From Pseudomonadota bacterium (GTDB taxonomy: Bacteria; Pseudomonadota; Gammaproteobacteria; Ga0077536): a DNA stretch of 64,000 nucleotides. Positions 45,197-54,857 of the stretch are shown piece by piece. The notes below the pieces were generated by a model. It did not search any database, was not told where the DNA came from, and saw nothing but the letters and a program-made list of their open reading frames with translations. Positions within the stretch are counted from its first letter, which is position 1; every line of letters starts with the position of its first letter. The stretch is taken from assembly GCA_016719885.1 (NCBI GenBank), contig JADJYF010000001.1:414150-478149 (forward strand). Reading direction: 5' to 3'. Both the position numbers and the translations under genes were made by a program.

Positions 45197-46267
45197 TCAG
45201 CCGCGCTTGCCCTCGACGTATTCCCAGGCGCGTTCGGCGAAACGCTCGACGATGTCGGTGGTGGACGGTGCGTCGGAACTCGCCGCCGTGCCGTCCTGCA
45301 CGCGCTTGATGATGCCCTGGTAAATAGCCGCCAGGCGCCACGCGGTGTAGGCGTTGTAGAACTCCATGTGCTTTATTTCCTTGCGGCCGGTGAGCTCGCA
45401 ATAGCGCGCGATGTATTGCGCCTGCGTGGGGATGCCCATCGCTTCGAGATCCATGCCGTCGAGACTGGATACGCGCTCATCGACCGCCGGGATCACCCAC
45501 GGCGCCATGTGGTAGCTGAAATCGCCGAGCGGATCGCCGAGCGTGGCGAGCTCCCAGTCCAGCACCGCGATCACGCGCGGCTCGGTGGGATGCAGGATCA
45601 TGTTGTCCATGCGGTAGTCGCCGTGGATCACGCACACCTCGTCGGACGGCGGAATGTTGTTGGGCAGCCATTCCATGAGCTTGTCCATGAGCGGGATCTT
45701 GGTGGTCTCGGACGACTTGTAGCCCTTGCTCCACACGTGGATCTGGCGCGCGATGTAATCGTTGGGCTTGCCGAAGCCTTCGAGGCCGATTTTCTTGTAA
45801 TCGAGCTTCTGCAAATCGGCCAAGGTCACCAGCATCGCGTCGTAGATGGCGGCGCGCTCGGCCGGCGTCGGGCCCGGCAGGTGCAAGTCCCACAGGATGC
45901 GACCGTCGACCATCTCCATGATGTAGAACATGGTGCCGACCACGCTCGTGTCTTCACACAGCGCATAGGCGCGCGGCACCGGAAAGCCGGCGCGGTAGAG
46001 CGCATCGATGACGCGGAATTCGCGATCGACCTGGTGCGCCGACGGCAGCAGGTTGCCCGGCGGCTTGCGACGCAGGACGTAGCGCTGTTTGGGCGTGACG
46101 AGCTGGTAGGTGGGGTTGGATTGTCCGCCCTTGAATTCGCGGACCGTCAGCGGTCCTTCGTAGCCTTCCACCTCGGCTTCCATGAACGCGGCCAGCTTGT
46201 CGATGGGGAAGGCGAGGTGCGCCTGCACCTCCTTGGTTCCGGAAAATTTCTCCTGTCGGGTACTCAT
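45197..46267 (-). CDS. Phosphotransferase (APH/choline-kinase-like) family protein
   Basis: Kinase-like Brenner motif HGDYRMDNMI and DWE; an ACAD-associated APH-like family. Confidence 0.8.
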   Translation of the reverse strand: MSTRQEKFSGTKEVQAHLAFPIDKLAAFMEAEVEGYEGPLTVREFKGGQSNPTYQLVTPKQRYVLRRKPPGNLLPSAHQVDREFRVIDALYRAGFPVPRAYALCEDTSVVGTMFYIMEMVDGRILWDLHLPGPTPAERAAIYDAMLVTLADLQKLDYKKIGLEGFGKPNDYIARQIHVWSKGYKSSETTKIPLMDKLMEWLPNNIPPSDEVCVIHGDYRMDNMILHPTEPRVIAVLDWELATLGDPLGDFSYHMAPWVIPAVDERVSSLDGMDLEAMGIPTQAQYIARYCELTGRKEIKHMEFYNAYTAWRLAAIYQGIIKRVQDGTAASSDAPSTTDIVERFAERAWEYVEGKRG

Positions 46268-46278
46268 GTCGCTCTCTC

Positions 46279-47502
46279 TCAGGTCGCCGACGGGCCGGCG
46301 ACGATTCCTTGGTCATGCAGGCGGCCGATCGCGGCGCTGTCGAGGCCGAGAACGTCCGCCAGGATTTCATCGGTGTGCTGGCCGACACGCGCGGCGGGGC
46401 GCGGCGGCTGACGTTCCATCTTCGAGAAGTACATCGGCGTGCCGCACACCGGGTAGGTGCCGATGCCGGGTTGTTCGATGTTGGAGAAGATCGGATTGTC
46501 CGGCGAACAGTCCGGGTCGTTCTCGACCAGTTCGCGCACGGTCTGGTACTTGTCCCAGCAGATGCCGCATTCTTCGAAGACCTTGGCGAGCTGCGCGAAG
46601 GGCTGCGTGGCGAACCACGGTTCGAGCAGCGCGCACAATTCGCGACGCGCGCTGAAGCGATCGCCCTCGTTGGCGAAATCGAGACCCATGCGCGCGGCCA
46701 GCGCGGCCACTTCGTTGCCGAGCCCGGTGGCTTTCAACAGGCCTTCCCACTGCTTGGCGCTGACCGCGATGATCATCACGCGCTGGCCGTCGCTGGACAC
46801 GAAGTCGCGGCCGAAGGCGCCATAGAGGTAATTGCCGTTGCGCCCGCGGGTTTCGTGGTTGACGTGGAGCTCGCCGATGAAGCCGAGATTGCCGACCGCC
46901 GCCAGGGCGACGTCGGCCAGCGCCAGCTTGACCTGCTGGCCTTCGCCGGTCAGACGACGATGACGCTCGGCGGCCAACAGGTTAATGGCGGCGAGATAGG
47001 CGGTGGCAATGTCCCACGCCGGCAGCACGTGGTTGACCGGACGCGGGTCTTCCTCGGGGCCGGTCAGGTAGGGGAAGCCGACCTTGGCGTTGACGGTGTA
47101 GTCGAGCGCGCTCGAACCGTGGCGGTCACCGACGATTTCGTGCTGGATGAGATCGGGGCGACGCGCGCTCAAGGCCTTGTAATCGAGCCAGCCGCGCGCC
47201 GGCAGGTTGGTCGAGAAGATGCCGCCGTTCTCGCCCGGCGCGCAGATGAGCTCGGTGACCAGTTCACGGCCGGCCGGCGCGCGGATGTCGACCGCGATCG
47301 AGCGCTTGCCCTTGTTCATTTCCGCCCAGTAGATGCTGGTGTCGTCCTTGGTGACCGGCCAGCGGTGATAGTCGATACCGCCGCCCAGCTGATCGAAGCG
47401 GATGACGTCGGCGCCGAGCTGCGCGAGGGTCATGCCGCACATCGGCGCGGCGATGAAGGCCGAGCCCTCGACGATACGCATGCCTTTCAGGATTGCCTGC
47501 AT
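46279..47502 (-). CDS. Family III CoA-transferase (CaiB/BaiF)
   Basis: N-terminal LKGMRIVEGSAFIAAPMCGMTLAQLGADVIRF and a catalytic Asp region. Confidence 0.85.
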   Translation of the reverse strand: MQAILKGMRIVEGSAFIAAPMCGMTLAQLGADVIRFDQLGGGIDYHRWPVTKDDTSIYWAEMNKGKRSIAVDIRAPAGRELVTELICAPGENGGIFSTNLPARGWLDYKALSARRPDLIQHEIVGDRHGSSALDYTVNAKVGFPYLTGPEEDPRPVNHVLPAWDIATAYLAAINLLAAERHRRLTGEGQQVKLALADVALAAVGNLGFIGELHVNHETRGRNGNYLYGAFGRDFVSSDGQRVMIIAVSAKQWEGLLKATGLGNEVAALAARMGLDFANEGDRFSARRELCALLEPWFATQPFAQLAKVFEECGICWDKYQTVRELVENDPDCSPDNPIFSNIEQPGIGTYPVCGTPMYFSKMERQPPRPAARVGQHTDEILADVLGLDSAAIGRLHDQGIVAGPSAT

Positions 47503-47511
47503 GGGAACTCC

Positions 47512-48372
47512 TCAGGGCGCGATGCGCGCACTGCCGTTGTTAAGCACCACCACCTTGCGCTCCAGCACCGAGGTGCGGAAATAGGCGATGCCGTCCTCGT
47601 TCCAGATCTCGGTGCGCAGCGTCTCGCCCGGCAGCACCGGGGATGAGAAACGCACGTTCAAGGTTTTCATGCGTCGCGCGTCGTAGTCGCAGCAGCTCTT
47701 GAGGATGGCGTGCATGGCCACGCCCAAGGTGCAGCGGCCGTGCAGGATGGGCCGTTCGAAGCCGGCGCCGGTCGCGACCGCGGGGTCGGCATGCAAGGGA
47801 TTCATGTCGCCGCACAGGCGGTAGATCAAGGCCTGGTTGAAGTTGGTCGCGAGATCGCACACCTGGTCGGGCGCGCGCTCGGGCGGCGCCGGCGGCGCGG
47901 GACGCGCCTGGCTCTTGCCGCCGAAGCCGCCGTCGGCGCGCGCCAGGGTATTCGAGCGCACCGTCGCATACAGGGTTTTGCCGTCAGCGCTGCGCAGTTC
48001 TTTCTTCAAGTACACGAAGCAGCCTTTGTCGGCGCCCCGGTCGACCACGTCTTCGATGATGGTTTCGCCCGTCACCGTGCCGGACGACGGCAAAGGCTCA
48101 TGGATTTCCAATGCCTCTTCGGCATGCAGCACCTGCTGCCAGTTGAACCCGTACTTGGGGTCACGCATCCAGAAACCGGGATAGGCGATGACCAGTGCGA
48201 GGGTCGGCAGCGTGCGCAATTCGGGCTCTTCGTAGACATACGGCAGTTGCTTGGGGTCGACCGCGTCGGCGCCGACACCCACCGCCAGCGCATAGAGGAT
48301 GACGTCCTTGATGCCGTAGGTCTCGGTCTGCTTGTTGATGACCGTGCCGATCAGTTCTGCGTGGTTCTTCAT
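47512..48372 (-). CDS. MaoC-like double-hotdog (R)-specific enoyl-CoA hydratase (Hsd4B-like)
   Basis: Two hotdog halves; C-terminal MaoC motif ...YRLCGDMNPLHADPAVATGAGFERPILHGRCTLG. Confidence 0.8.
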   Translation of the reverse strand: MKNHAELIGTVINKQTETYGIKDVILYALAVGVGADAVDPKQLPYVYEEPELRTLPTLALVIAYPGFWMRDPKYGFNWQQVLHAEEALEIHEPLPSSGTVTGETIIEDVVDRGADKGCFVYLKKELRSADGKTLYATVRSNTLARADGGFGGKSQARPAPPAPPERAPDQVCDLATNFNQALIYRLCGDMNPLHADPAVATGAGFERPILHGRCTLGVAMHAILKSCCDYDARRMKTLNVRFSSPVLPGETLRTEIWNEDGIAYFRTSVLERKVVVLNNGSARIAP

Positions 48373-48408
48373 CGGGCCTCCGAATTCACTTCAATGCTTG
48401 AATTCTTA

Positions 48409-48497
48409 TTGTGGGTCAGACTTCAGTCTGACATTTGCATCAGCGGCATGATGCCTTAACGAGGCTCCCCCAAGTCAGACCGAAGTCTGACCCACAG
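48409..48497. repeat. Nested-palindrome intergenic repeat element, family B
   Basis: ttgtgggtcagacttcagtctgac ... gtcagaccgaagtctgacccacagg with a 43-bp loop. Confidence 0.8.
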
Positions 48498-48501
48498 GAG
48501 A

Positions 48502-50187
48502 TCATTCGCCTTTCAATATCAGTTCCCGTGCCACCACCTTCAGCGCCAGCGTCTCTTCCGCGCCTTCGAAAATCGACAGCACCCGCGCGTCGACGAAGTA
48601 ACGGCTGACGGCGGTTTCTTCCGAGTAGCCCATGCCGCCGTGGATCTGCATCGCTTCGCGGGTGATGGATTCCGCCGCGCGGCAGGCGTAGAGCTTGACG
48701 AGGCTCGCTTCCATGTGACCGCGGCCCTGGTCCATCAGTCGCGCCACGTCGTAGGTCATTTCCTGGCAGGCGCGCAGGTTGGCGGCCATCGACACCAGCT
48801 TGGCGCGGGTCAGTTGGTAGTCGGCCAGGGGCTGCCCGAACACGCGGCGATCCTTGGCGTAGCGGATGGCGGATTCGAAGGCGGCGCGCATCACGCCGCA
48901 GGCACGCGCGGCGGTTTGCAGGCGCCCGCCGGCGAAGCCGGCCATGGTGTGGTAGAAACCGCGGTTGAGCCCGGCCTTGCCGCCGATGATGTTGGCTTCC
49001 GGTACGAACACGTTGTCGAAGAACAATGTGTAGGAATGCATGCCGCGATAGCCGATGGTCGGGATGGCCTTGCCGCTCAGCACGCCGCCGCTGGGCTGAC
49101 GGAATTCAAAGGCCTTGTCGTCGGTCTGCGGTTTTTCCAACAGGAACAGGCTCAGGCCGCGGTGGCCGGCGGCCGGGTCGGCGTCGGTGCGCGCCAGCAC
49201 CATCAGCAGGCCGGCCTTGCCGGCGAAGGTGCACCAGGTCTTGGCGCCGTTCAGCAGGAAGCCGCCGGCGGTCGGCGTGGCGCGCAGCCGCACCGCAGCG
49301 ACGTCGGAGCCGCAGTCGGGCTCGGTGACGGCGATGGCCACGATGGGATTGCCGGCGGCGATGCCCGGCAGCCATTGCTGCTTCTGCGCTTCGTCGCCGC
49401 CCGCCATGATGGCGCGCGACAGGATCTCGGGGCGCGTCAGCGGACTGCCGGCGGCGGCCAGCGAGGCGCGGGACAACTCCTCGGTCACCACGCACATCGC
49501 GAGGTTGTCGTGGCCGGAGGCCGGCGCGGTGCCGCCGTAAGCTTCGGGGATGGACAGCGCGAAGCAGCCCATTTCCACCAGCGCGGCGAGGATGTCTTCA
49601 GGAATATTCAGGTCGTCGCGATGGATGTGCTCGGCCTGCGGCGCGACGATGTCGTCGGCGATGCGCGCGAAGCTCGAGGCGATGATCTGCTTGTCCTCAT
49701 CGAGCAGCGAGCGGCCATGGCTGCCGTGCTCGAGGATCTGCGCGGCCGTCGCCTCGAGAAAGGCCGGCTGCAGATGGGTGGCGTTGAAGCGTTCGGCTTC
49801 GGCGGTCTCGAATGCTTCGTGCACCTCGCGGCCGTTCAAGCCCGTGAGGTGACGAATCTTTTCGAAACGCGCGCGCAGCTTGAGCAGGATCTCGGCCACG
49901 AAGGCGCCCGCCAGGTGGCTCTCGAAGGCCGCGCCGTGCTCATCGCCGTCGCGCTCGGTCATGCACGAGCGCGCGTAGTCGATGATGGCGTTGGCGGCAT
50001 GGAGTTCGGCATTGATCATGGCGAACTCGTAACCTTGCACCTGGCAGTGATCCAAGGCCTGGTTGACGTCGGCCGCGCTCGTCACCTCGGCATGCGTATG
50101 ACGCAGCGCGCGGCGGAACAAGGCGTCGATGCCCTTCAGTACCTCGGGGATGGCGGCCAGGGTCGAAGCTTGGGCGGATTGGGTCAT
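48502..50187 (-). CDS. Acyl-CoA dehydrogenase, long form (561 aa)
   Basis: ACAD N/M/C domains plus a C-terminal extension; AVTEPDCGSDVAAV, WCTFA. Confidence 0.85.
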   Translation of the reverse strand: MTQSAQASTLAAIPEVLKGIDALFRRALRHTHAEVTSAADVNQALDHCQVQGYEFAMINAELHAANAIIDYARSCMTERDGDEHGAAFESHLAGAFVAEILLKLRARFEKIRHLTGLNGREVHEAFETAEAERFNATHLQPAFLEATAAQILEHGSHGRSLLDEDKQIIASSFARIADDIVAPQAEHIHRDDLNIPEDILAALVEMGCFALSIPEAYGGTAPASGHDNLAMCVVTEELSRASLAAAGSPLTRPEILSRAIMAGGDEAQKQQWLPGIAAGNPIVAIAVTEPDCGSDVAAVRLRATPTAGGFLLNGAKTWCTFAGKAGLLMVLARTDADPAAGHRGLSLFLLEKPQTDDKAFEFRQPSGGVLSGKAIPTIGYRGMHSYTLFFDNVFVPEANIIGGKAGLNRGFYHTMAGFAGGRLQTAARACGVMRAAFESAIRYAKDRRVFGQPLADYQLTRAKLVSMAANLRACQEMTYDVARLMDQGRGHMEASLVKLYACRAAESITREAMQIHGGMGYSEETAVSRYFVDARVLSIFEGAEETLALKVVARELILKGE

Positions 50188-50206
50188 GACCTGACTCCTG
50201 CGATGC

Positions 50207-51118
50207 TTACACCGGGTCCCAGGGCCACACGTCCTGCGAACGGTCGAGCGCGTAGAGATCCGACTTGAAGGCCGGCATGCAATGCTCGGCGATGGTCTCG
50301 GCGGTCCAGCCGTCGCCGCGATGCATGGAACGCTTCGGGCGGTGTTGGCTCATCAGGAAGATTTCGTTGTTGCGCACCGCGAAGATCTGCCCGGTGACCT
50401 CCTTGGCCGCGTCAGACAGCAGGTAGACCGCCATCGGCGCGATCTTGGCCGGCGTCATTTCCTTCAGCCGCTCGACGCGCTGGCGCTGCACTTCGTCGGT
50501 GATCGGAATGGTGCCGATCATGCGTGTCCAGGCGAACGGCGCGATGCAGTTCGAGCGCACGTTGTTGCGACCGAGATCCAGCGCGATGCTCTTCGACAGC
50601 GCGGCGATGCCGAGCTTGGCGGCGGCGTAGTTGGCCTGGCCGAAATTGCCGATGAGGCCCGAGGTCGAGGTCATGTGCACGTAGGCGCCGGTGTTGCGTT
50701 CACGGAAATGATCGGCGGCCGCGCGGCTGACGTAGAACGAGCCGTTGAGATGCACGTCGATGACGGCATGCCATTCATCGAGGCTCATCTTGTGGAACAT
50801 GCGGTCGCGCAGGATGCCGGCGTTGTTGATGACGCCGTCGAGCTGGCCGAAATGCTTGATGGCGTCGGCCACCATCGCCTGCGCATCCTCGTAGCGCGCG
50901 ACGCTGCCGAAATTGGCGACTGCCTGGCCGCCCATGGCCTCGATTTCACGCACCACTTCCTTGGCGGGCGTGCCTTCGATGTCGGCGCCGTCGGTGCTGG
51001 CGCCGAGATCGTTCACCACCACCTTGGCGCCGGCGGCCGCCATCGCCAAAGAAAAGTCGCGGCCGATGCCGCGTCCACCGCCGGTAACCAGTACCACTTT
51101 GCCGTCGAGCATACCCAT
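50207..51118 (-). CDS. SDR oxidoreductase of the multifunctional-enzyme-type-2 N-terminal (3R-hydroxyacyl-CoA dehydrogenase, Hsd4A-like) type
   Basis: VVLVTGGGRGIGR, NNAGILRD, catalytic YAAAK; 303 aa with a C-terminal extension. Confidence 0.8.
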   Translation of the reverse strand: MGMLDGKVVLVTGGGRGIGRDFSLAMAAAGAKVVVNDLGASTDGADIEGTPAKEVVREIEAMGGQAVANFGSVARYEDAQAMVADAIKHFGQLDGVINNAGILRDRMFHKMSLDEWHAVIDVHLNGSFYVSRAAADHFRERNTGAYVHMTSTSGLIGNFGQANYAAAKLGIAALSKSIALDLGRNNVRSNCIAPFAWTRMIGTIPITDEVQRQRVERLKEMTPAKIAPMAVYLLSDAAKEVTGQIFAVRNNEIFLMSQHRPKRSMHRGDGWTAETIAEHCMPAFKSDLYALDRSQDVWPWDPV

Positions 51119-51236
51119 GATGCGAAGACCTCCGTCGTCTAAAGGATTCGAATGCGTGGCGGCGGGGGCGTGCGTCGCGTCCCGACCGCGTCAGCGTGTG
51201 TCGTTACGGGCGGCGTGTGGACGTCGCCCGGTGCCA

Positions 51237-52136
51237 TCAATCGTCGTCGTCGGGCGCGCGCGCGTCGCCCGCGTTGTCCAGCAATTCTTCGGCGAGTTGC
51301 TTCAACTCGTCGAGGATGTCCTCCAGCTCACGCGCCATGATCCAGACAATCAGTTCGTCGGCGCCAGCCGCCGCCACCTGGTCGCGGCCTTCGGCGCTGC
51401 GGAACAGGCCTTCCAGCGCGAAGGGCGCGACGTGGATGCTGCTACGGTCGCGGCCCGCGGCCGCGCAGGCCGCTTCAAGTTCGCGGCAACCGGCCGCGAA
51501 TTCGTCCAGTGAAGACATCACCGGGATCCAGCCCTCGCCCCAAGCGACCACGCGCTTGAACACGCGCGCCGAACCGGAGCTGCCGAACATGATCGGCGGC
51601 CCGGCCTGGGTTTCAGGTTTGGGGTAGGAACGGATGGGTGGGAAGTTGTAATAACGTCCACTGTGGGACGGGGCGTCTTCGCGCCACAGCTTGCGCATCA
51701 CTTCCACGCACTCGCGGGTCTGGGTCCAGCGGTGGTCGAAATCGACGCCCAGGATCTCCGACTCCTCGCGATTCCAGCCGGCGCCGATGCCGAACTGCAC
51801 GCGACCATGGCTGTAGTGATCGACCGACGCCACCTGCTTGGCGAGGATCAAAGGATTGTGTTCCGGAACGAGACAGATGCCGCTGCCGAGCTTGATGCTG
51901 CGCGTGGTGGTGGCGGCGCGCGCCAGCGCAACCCACGGATCCGGCATCTGCCACAGGTAGTCGGGCGGTGGGTTGCCGGGGTCGCCGACGTAATCCGATG
52001 CAAACGACATCGGCATGATGGCGTGCTCCGGCACCCAGTAGGAATGGAAGCCGAGATCCTCGGCGGCCTTGGCCACGATGGCGGGGTCGCCACGCCTATC
52101 GGGCTGGATCTGGAACACCCCGATTTTGAGCGACAC
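51237..52136 (-). CDS. LLM-class oxidoreductase, probably F420-dependent (GTG start)
   Basis: About 300-aa luciferase-like TIM barrel (VSLKIGVFQIQPDRR..., GSGICLVPEHNPLILAKQ, FGIGAGWNREE). It is convergent with and adjacent to the F420 biosynthesis operon. The upstream 340 codons of ORF 51237..53153 are rejected. Confidence 0.65.
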   Translation of the reverse strand: MSLKIGVFQIQPDRRGDPAIVAKAAEDLGFHSYWVPEHAIMPMSFASDYVGDPGNPPPDYLWQMPDPWVALARAATTTRSIKLGSGICLVPEHNPLILAKQVASVDHYSHGRVQFGIGAGWNREESEILGVDFDHRWTQTRECVEVMRKLWREDAPSHSGRYYNFPPIRSYPKPETQAGPPIMFGSSGSARVFKRVVAWGEGWIPVMSSLDEFAAGCRELEAACAAAGRDRSSIHVAPFALEGLFRSAEGRDQVAAAGADELIVWIMARELEDILDELKQLAEELLDNAGDARAPDDDD

Positions 52137-52388
52137 GAGCGACCTCCGCTGCGAACGAAAACGGCCTGCGACGGCGCCACGGGCAAGGCGCATGCATGGG
52201 CCCGGAAAGGGCCGAATAGTACTCGATCCTTTCGCCGGTGACATTGCCGAACCGAGGGTGTCGGCGGTGTGCGCGGCGCTTGCGCCGGCGCGGCCCTTCG
52301 CGGTTACATTAGCCCGCCCGGCGAGGCCGGGTGCTTGCGCCGAATGCATCGACTCGCCGGGCGCGAGACCACCAGCCGCGGATTGTTT

Positions 52389-53150
52389 ATGCCCCGTATA
52401 TCCCTCACCACGCTGTCGCGTATTCCGCTCGTCAAGTCGGGCGACAATCTCGTCGCGATCATTCTCGGCGCCGCCGCCGACGACGGTGTCAGTTTCAGCG
52501 ACGGCGACATCGTGGTGCTGGCGCAGAAGATCGTGTCCAAGGCGGAAGGCCGACTGGTGCCGGTGGCCAGCGTCACGCCGGGTGACGAAGCCATCGAACT
52601 CGCCGCCGCCACCGACAAGGATCCGCGCATGGCGCAATTGATCCTCGACGAAGCGGCCTACGTCATGCGCCGCAAGCCCGGCGTCATCATCGTGCGCCAC
52701 AAGCTCGGGCATGTCGGCGCCAATGCCGGCATCGACCAGTCGAACGTGGAACACGAGGGCGGTGAACAGGCCTTGCTGCTGCCGGTCGATCCCGATGCCT
52801 CGGCGCAGCGTCTGCACCAGGCGCTGAGCGCGGCGGCCGGGTGCCATGTCGGCGTCATCATCTGCGACAGCATGAACCGGCCGTGGCGGCTCGGCACCAT
52901 CGGTGGCGCCATCGGCTGCGCCGGCATCGAAGTACTGGATGACCGCCGCGGCCAGCATGACATGTTCGGCCGCGAGCTCAAGGTCACCATGATCAACCGC
53001 GCCGACTCCATCGCGGCGATGGCCACCCTGCTCATGGGCGAATCGACGGAGCGTACGCCGGTGGCGGTGGTGCATGGCTTCGCGGTCGATGCGCACCACG
53101 GACGCGCCGCCGACATCATCCGTCCGCCGGCCGACGACCTGTTCAACTGA
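52389..53150 (+). CDS. cofE: Coenzyme F420-0:L-glutamate ligase
   Basis: LVKSGDNLVAIIL...GDIVVLAQKIVSKAEGR...RHKLGHVGANAGIDQSN...GVIICDSMNRPWRLGTIGGAIGCAG: the CofE fold pattern. Confidence 0.75.
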   Translation: MPRISLTTLSRIPLVKSGDNLVAIILGAAADDGVSFSDGDIVVLAQKIVSKAEGRLVPVASVTPGDEAIELAAATDKDPRMAQLILDEAAYVMRRKPGVIIVRHKLGHVGANAGIDQSNVEHEGGEQALLLPVDPDASAQRLHQALSAAAGCHVGVIICDSMNRPWRLGTIGGAIGCAGIEVLDDRRGQHDMFGRELKVTMINRADSIAAMATLLMGESTERTPVAVVHGFAVDAHHGRAADIIRPPADDLFN

Positions 53151-53151
53151 C

Positions 53152-54093
53152 ATGGCAAGCTATGTCGCACTGAGCGGTGGCGTCGGTGGCGCCAAGCTGG
53201 CGCTGGGCCTCACCCACCTGCTCGAGCCGCACGCCCTGACCTTGGTAGTGAACACCGGCGACGACTTCGAGCACCTCGGCCTGCACATCGCGCCGGATCT
53301 CGATACCCTGATGTACACGCTGTCCGGCCTCAGTAATACCGAGACCGGCTGGGGGCGGGCGGGGGAATCGTGGCAATGCCTGGACGCGCTGGCCGAACTC
53401 GGCGGCGAAACCTGGTTCCGGCTCGGCGATCGCGACCTGTCGGTGCACCTGCAACGCAGCCTGCGCCTGCGCGCGGGCGCCAGCTTGTCGACGGTCACCG
53501 CCGAACTCTACGCGGCACTCGGCATCCGTCATCGCGCGCTGCCGATGAGCGACCAGCCGGTGCGCACCCTGGTGCATTGCGACGCCGGTGTGCTGGCCTT
53601 CCAGCATTACTTCGTGCGTGAACGCTGCGCACCGCGGGTGAGCGGATTCAGCTTCGACGGCGCGGCGACCGCCAGCGCGGCGCCCGGCGTACTCGAGGCG
53701 CTGCGCGCAAGCGATCTCGCCGGCGTCATCATCTGCCCGTCGAATCCATTCTTGAGCATCGACCCGATACTCGCGGTGCCGGGTGTGCGTGAGGCCTTGC
53801 GCGCTTGCCGCGCGCCGGTGGTGGCGGTGTCACCGATAGTGGCGGGGCTCGCCATCAAGGGGCCGACCGCCAAGATCATGGAGGAACTCGCGCTGCCGCA
53901 GACCGCGGCGGCGGTGGCGGCCCATTACGGCTCGCTCATCGATGGTTTCATACTCGACGAAAGCGACCGCGCGCTGGCCGCGCAAATCGCCTCGACTACG
54001 CTGCGTGTGAGCACCGCGCAGAGCGTCATGGTGACGCTGGACGATAGGATCAATCTGGCGCACACTGCCCTGGACTTTCTCCGTACATTCTGA
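53152..54093 (+). CDS. cofD: 2-phospho-L-lactate (LPPG):Fo transferase
   Basis: [20 protein letters not shown]...[19 protein letters not shown]...[14 protein letters not shown]: the CofD/UPF0052 family pattern. The start ATG is 1 nt after the cofE stop. Confidence 0.8.
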   Translation: MASYVALSGGVGGAKLALGLTHLLEPHALTLVVNTGDDFEHLGLHIAPDLDTLMYTLSGLSNTETGWGRAGESWQCLDALAELGGETWFRLGDRDLSVHLQRSLRLRAGASLSTVTAELYAALGIRHRALPMSDQPVRTLVHCDAGVLAFQHYFVRERCAPRVSGFSFDGAATASAAPGVLEALRASDLAGVIICPSNPFLSIDPILAVPGVREALRACRAPVVAVSPIVAGLAIKGPTAKIMEELALPQTAAAVAAHYGSLIDGFILDESDRALAAQIASTTLRVSTAQSVMVTLDDRINLAHTALDFLRTF

Positions 54094-54100
54094 AGCCGGC

Positions 54101-54781
54101 ATGTGGGTCGTCGTTCCCGTCAAACGTTTCTCGAATGCGAAGACGCGACTGGCGCCGCTGTTGTCGGCGGCCGAGCGCGAATCCCTGGCGCAGGCCATGT
54201 TGAACGACGTGCTGCGCGCGATTGCCGAGAGTCGGCGCGTGGCGGGCGTGCTGGTGGTGTCGCGCGAAGTGCGCGCCCGTTACTGCGTCGAGCGCATCGG
54301 CGGCTTGTTTCTCGAAGACACGGCGGACGATCTTTCCAGCGCCATCGAATTGGCGGGCGAATGGCTCGCGACCCACGGTCAACGCGGCATGCTGATGATC
54401 CCGGGCGACGTGCCGCTGGTCAGCGGCCGTGAGATCGACGAACTGCTGCTCACCCATCGCGGTGCGCCGGCCGTGACCCTGGCGCCCGACCGTGAACACG
54501 ATGGCACCAACGCATTGGCGGTCAGTCCCGCCGATGCCATCCATTTCGCCTTCGGCAAGGGCAGCTTCGCCAAGCATCGCCAGGCGGCGCTCGACGTCGG
54601 CATCCAGGCACAGGTCGCCTTGCTGCCGGGCCTCGCGCTCGATGTCGACAACCCCATGGATCTGCAGACGCTGTTGACCTATGACAGTGAGACCGAGACC
54701 CTGGCTTATCTATGTGACAGCGGCATCGCGCGCCGCGTCATGCCTCATCACACCAGTGCGCGCGACTTGACCGGCTGGTAG
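54101..54781 (+). CDS. cofC: 2-phospho-L-lactate guanylyltransferase
   Basis: MWVVVPVKRFSNAKTRLAPLLSAAERESLAQAMLNDVL...GDVPLV: a MobA-like NTP-transferase of the CofC type. Confidence 0.75.
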   Translation: MWVVVPVKRFSNAKTRLAPLLSAAERESLAQAMLNDVLRAIAESRRVAGVLVVSREVRARYCVERIGGLFLEDTADDLSSAIELAGEWLATHGQRGMLMIPGDVPLVSGREIDELLLTHRGAPAVTLAPDREHDGTNALAVSPADAIHFAFGKGSFAKHRQAALDVGIQAQVALLPGLALDVDNPMDLQTLLTYDSETETLAYLCDSGIARRVMPHHTSARDLTGW

Positions 54782-54857
54782 AGAAACATGCTGAGCGCAG
54801 CAGTTTTTTTACTCGCCTCGTAAACGACGTCGCCGCCGCTTCACGGTTTTGTAAGTC

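Noticed and set aside
25142-48497. Possibility that the palindromic repeats are a CRISPR array
   Set aside because: The copies are dispersed over 23 kb in separate intergenic regions, are inverted (hairpin) rather than direct repeats, and are not interleaved with uniformly sized unique spacers. No cas genes are present.
52137-53153. N-terminal 340 codons of ORF 51237..53153 (-)
   Set aside because: This part overlaps the well-supported cofE gene on the opposite strand and has biased composition. Only the C-terminal 300 codons starting at the GTG (VSLKIGVFQ...) look like an LLM-fold protein.
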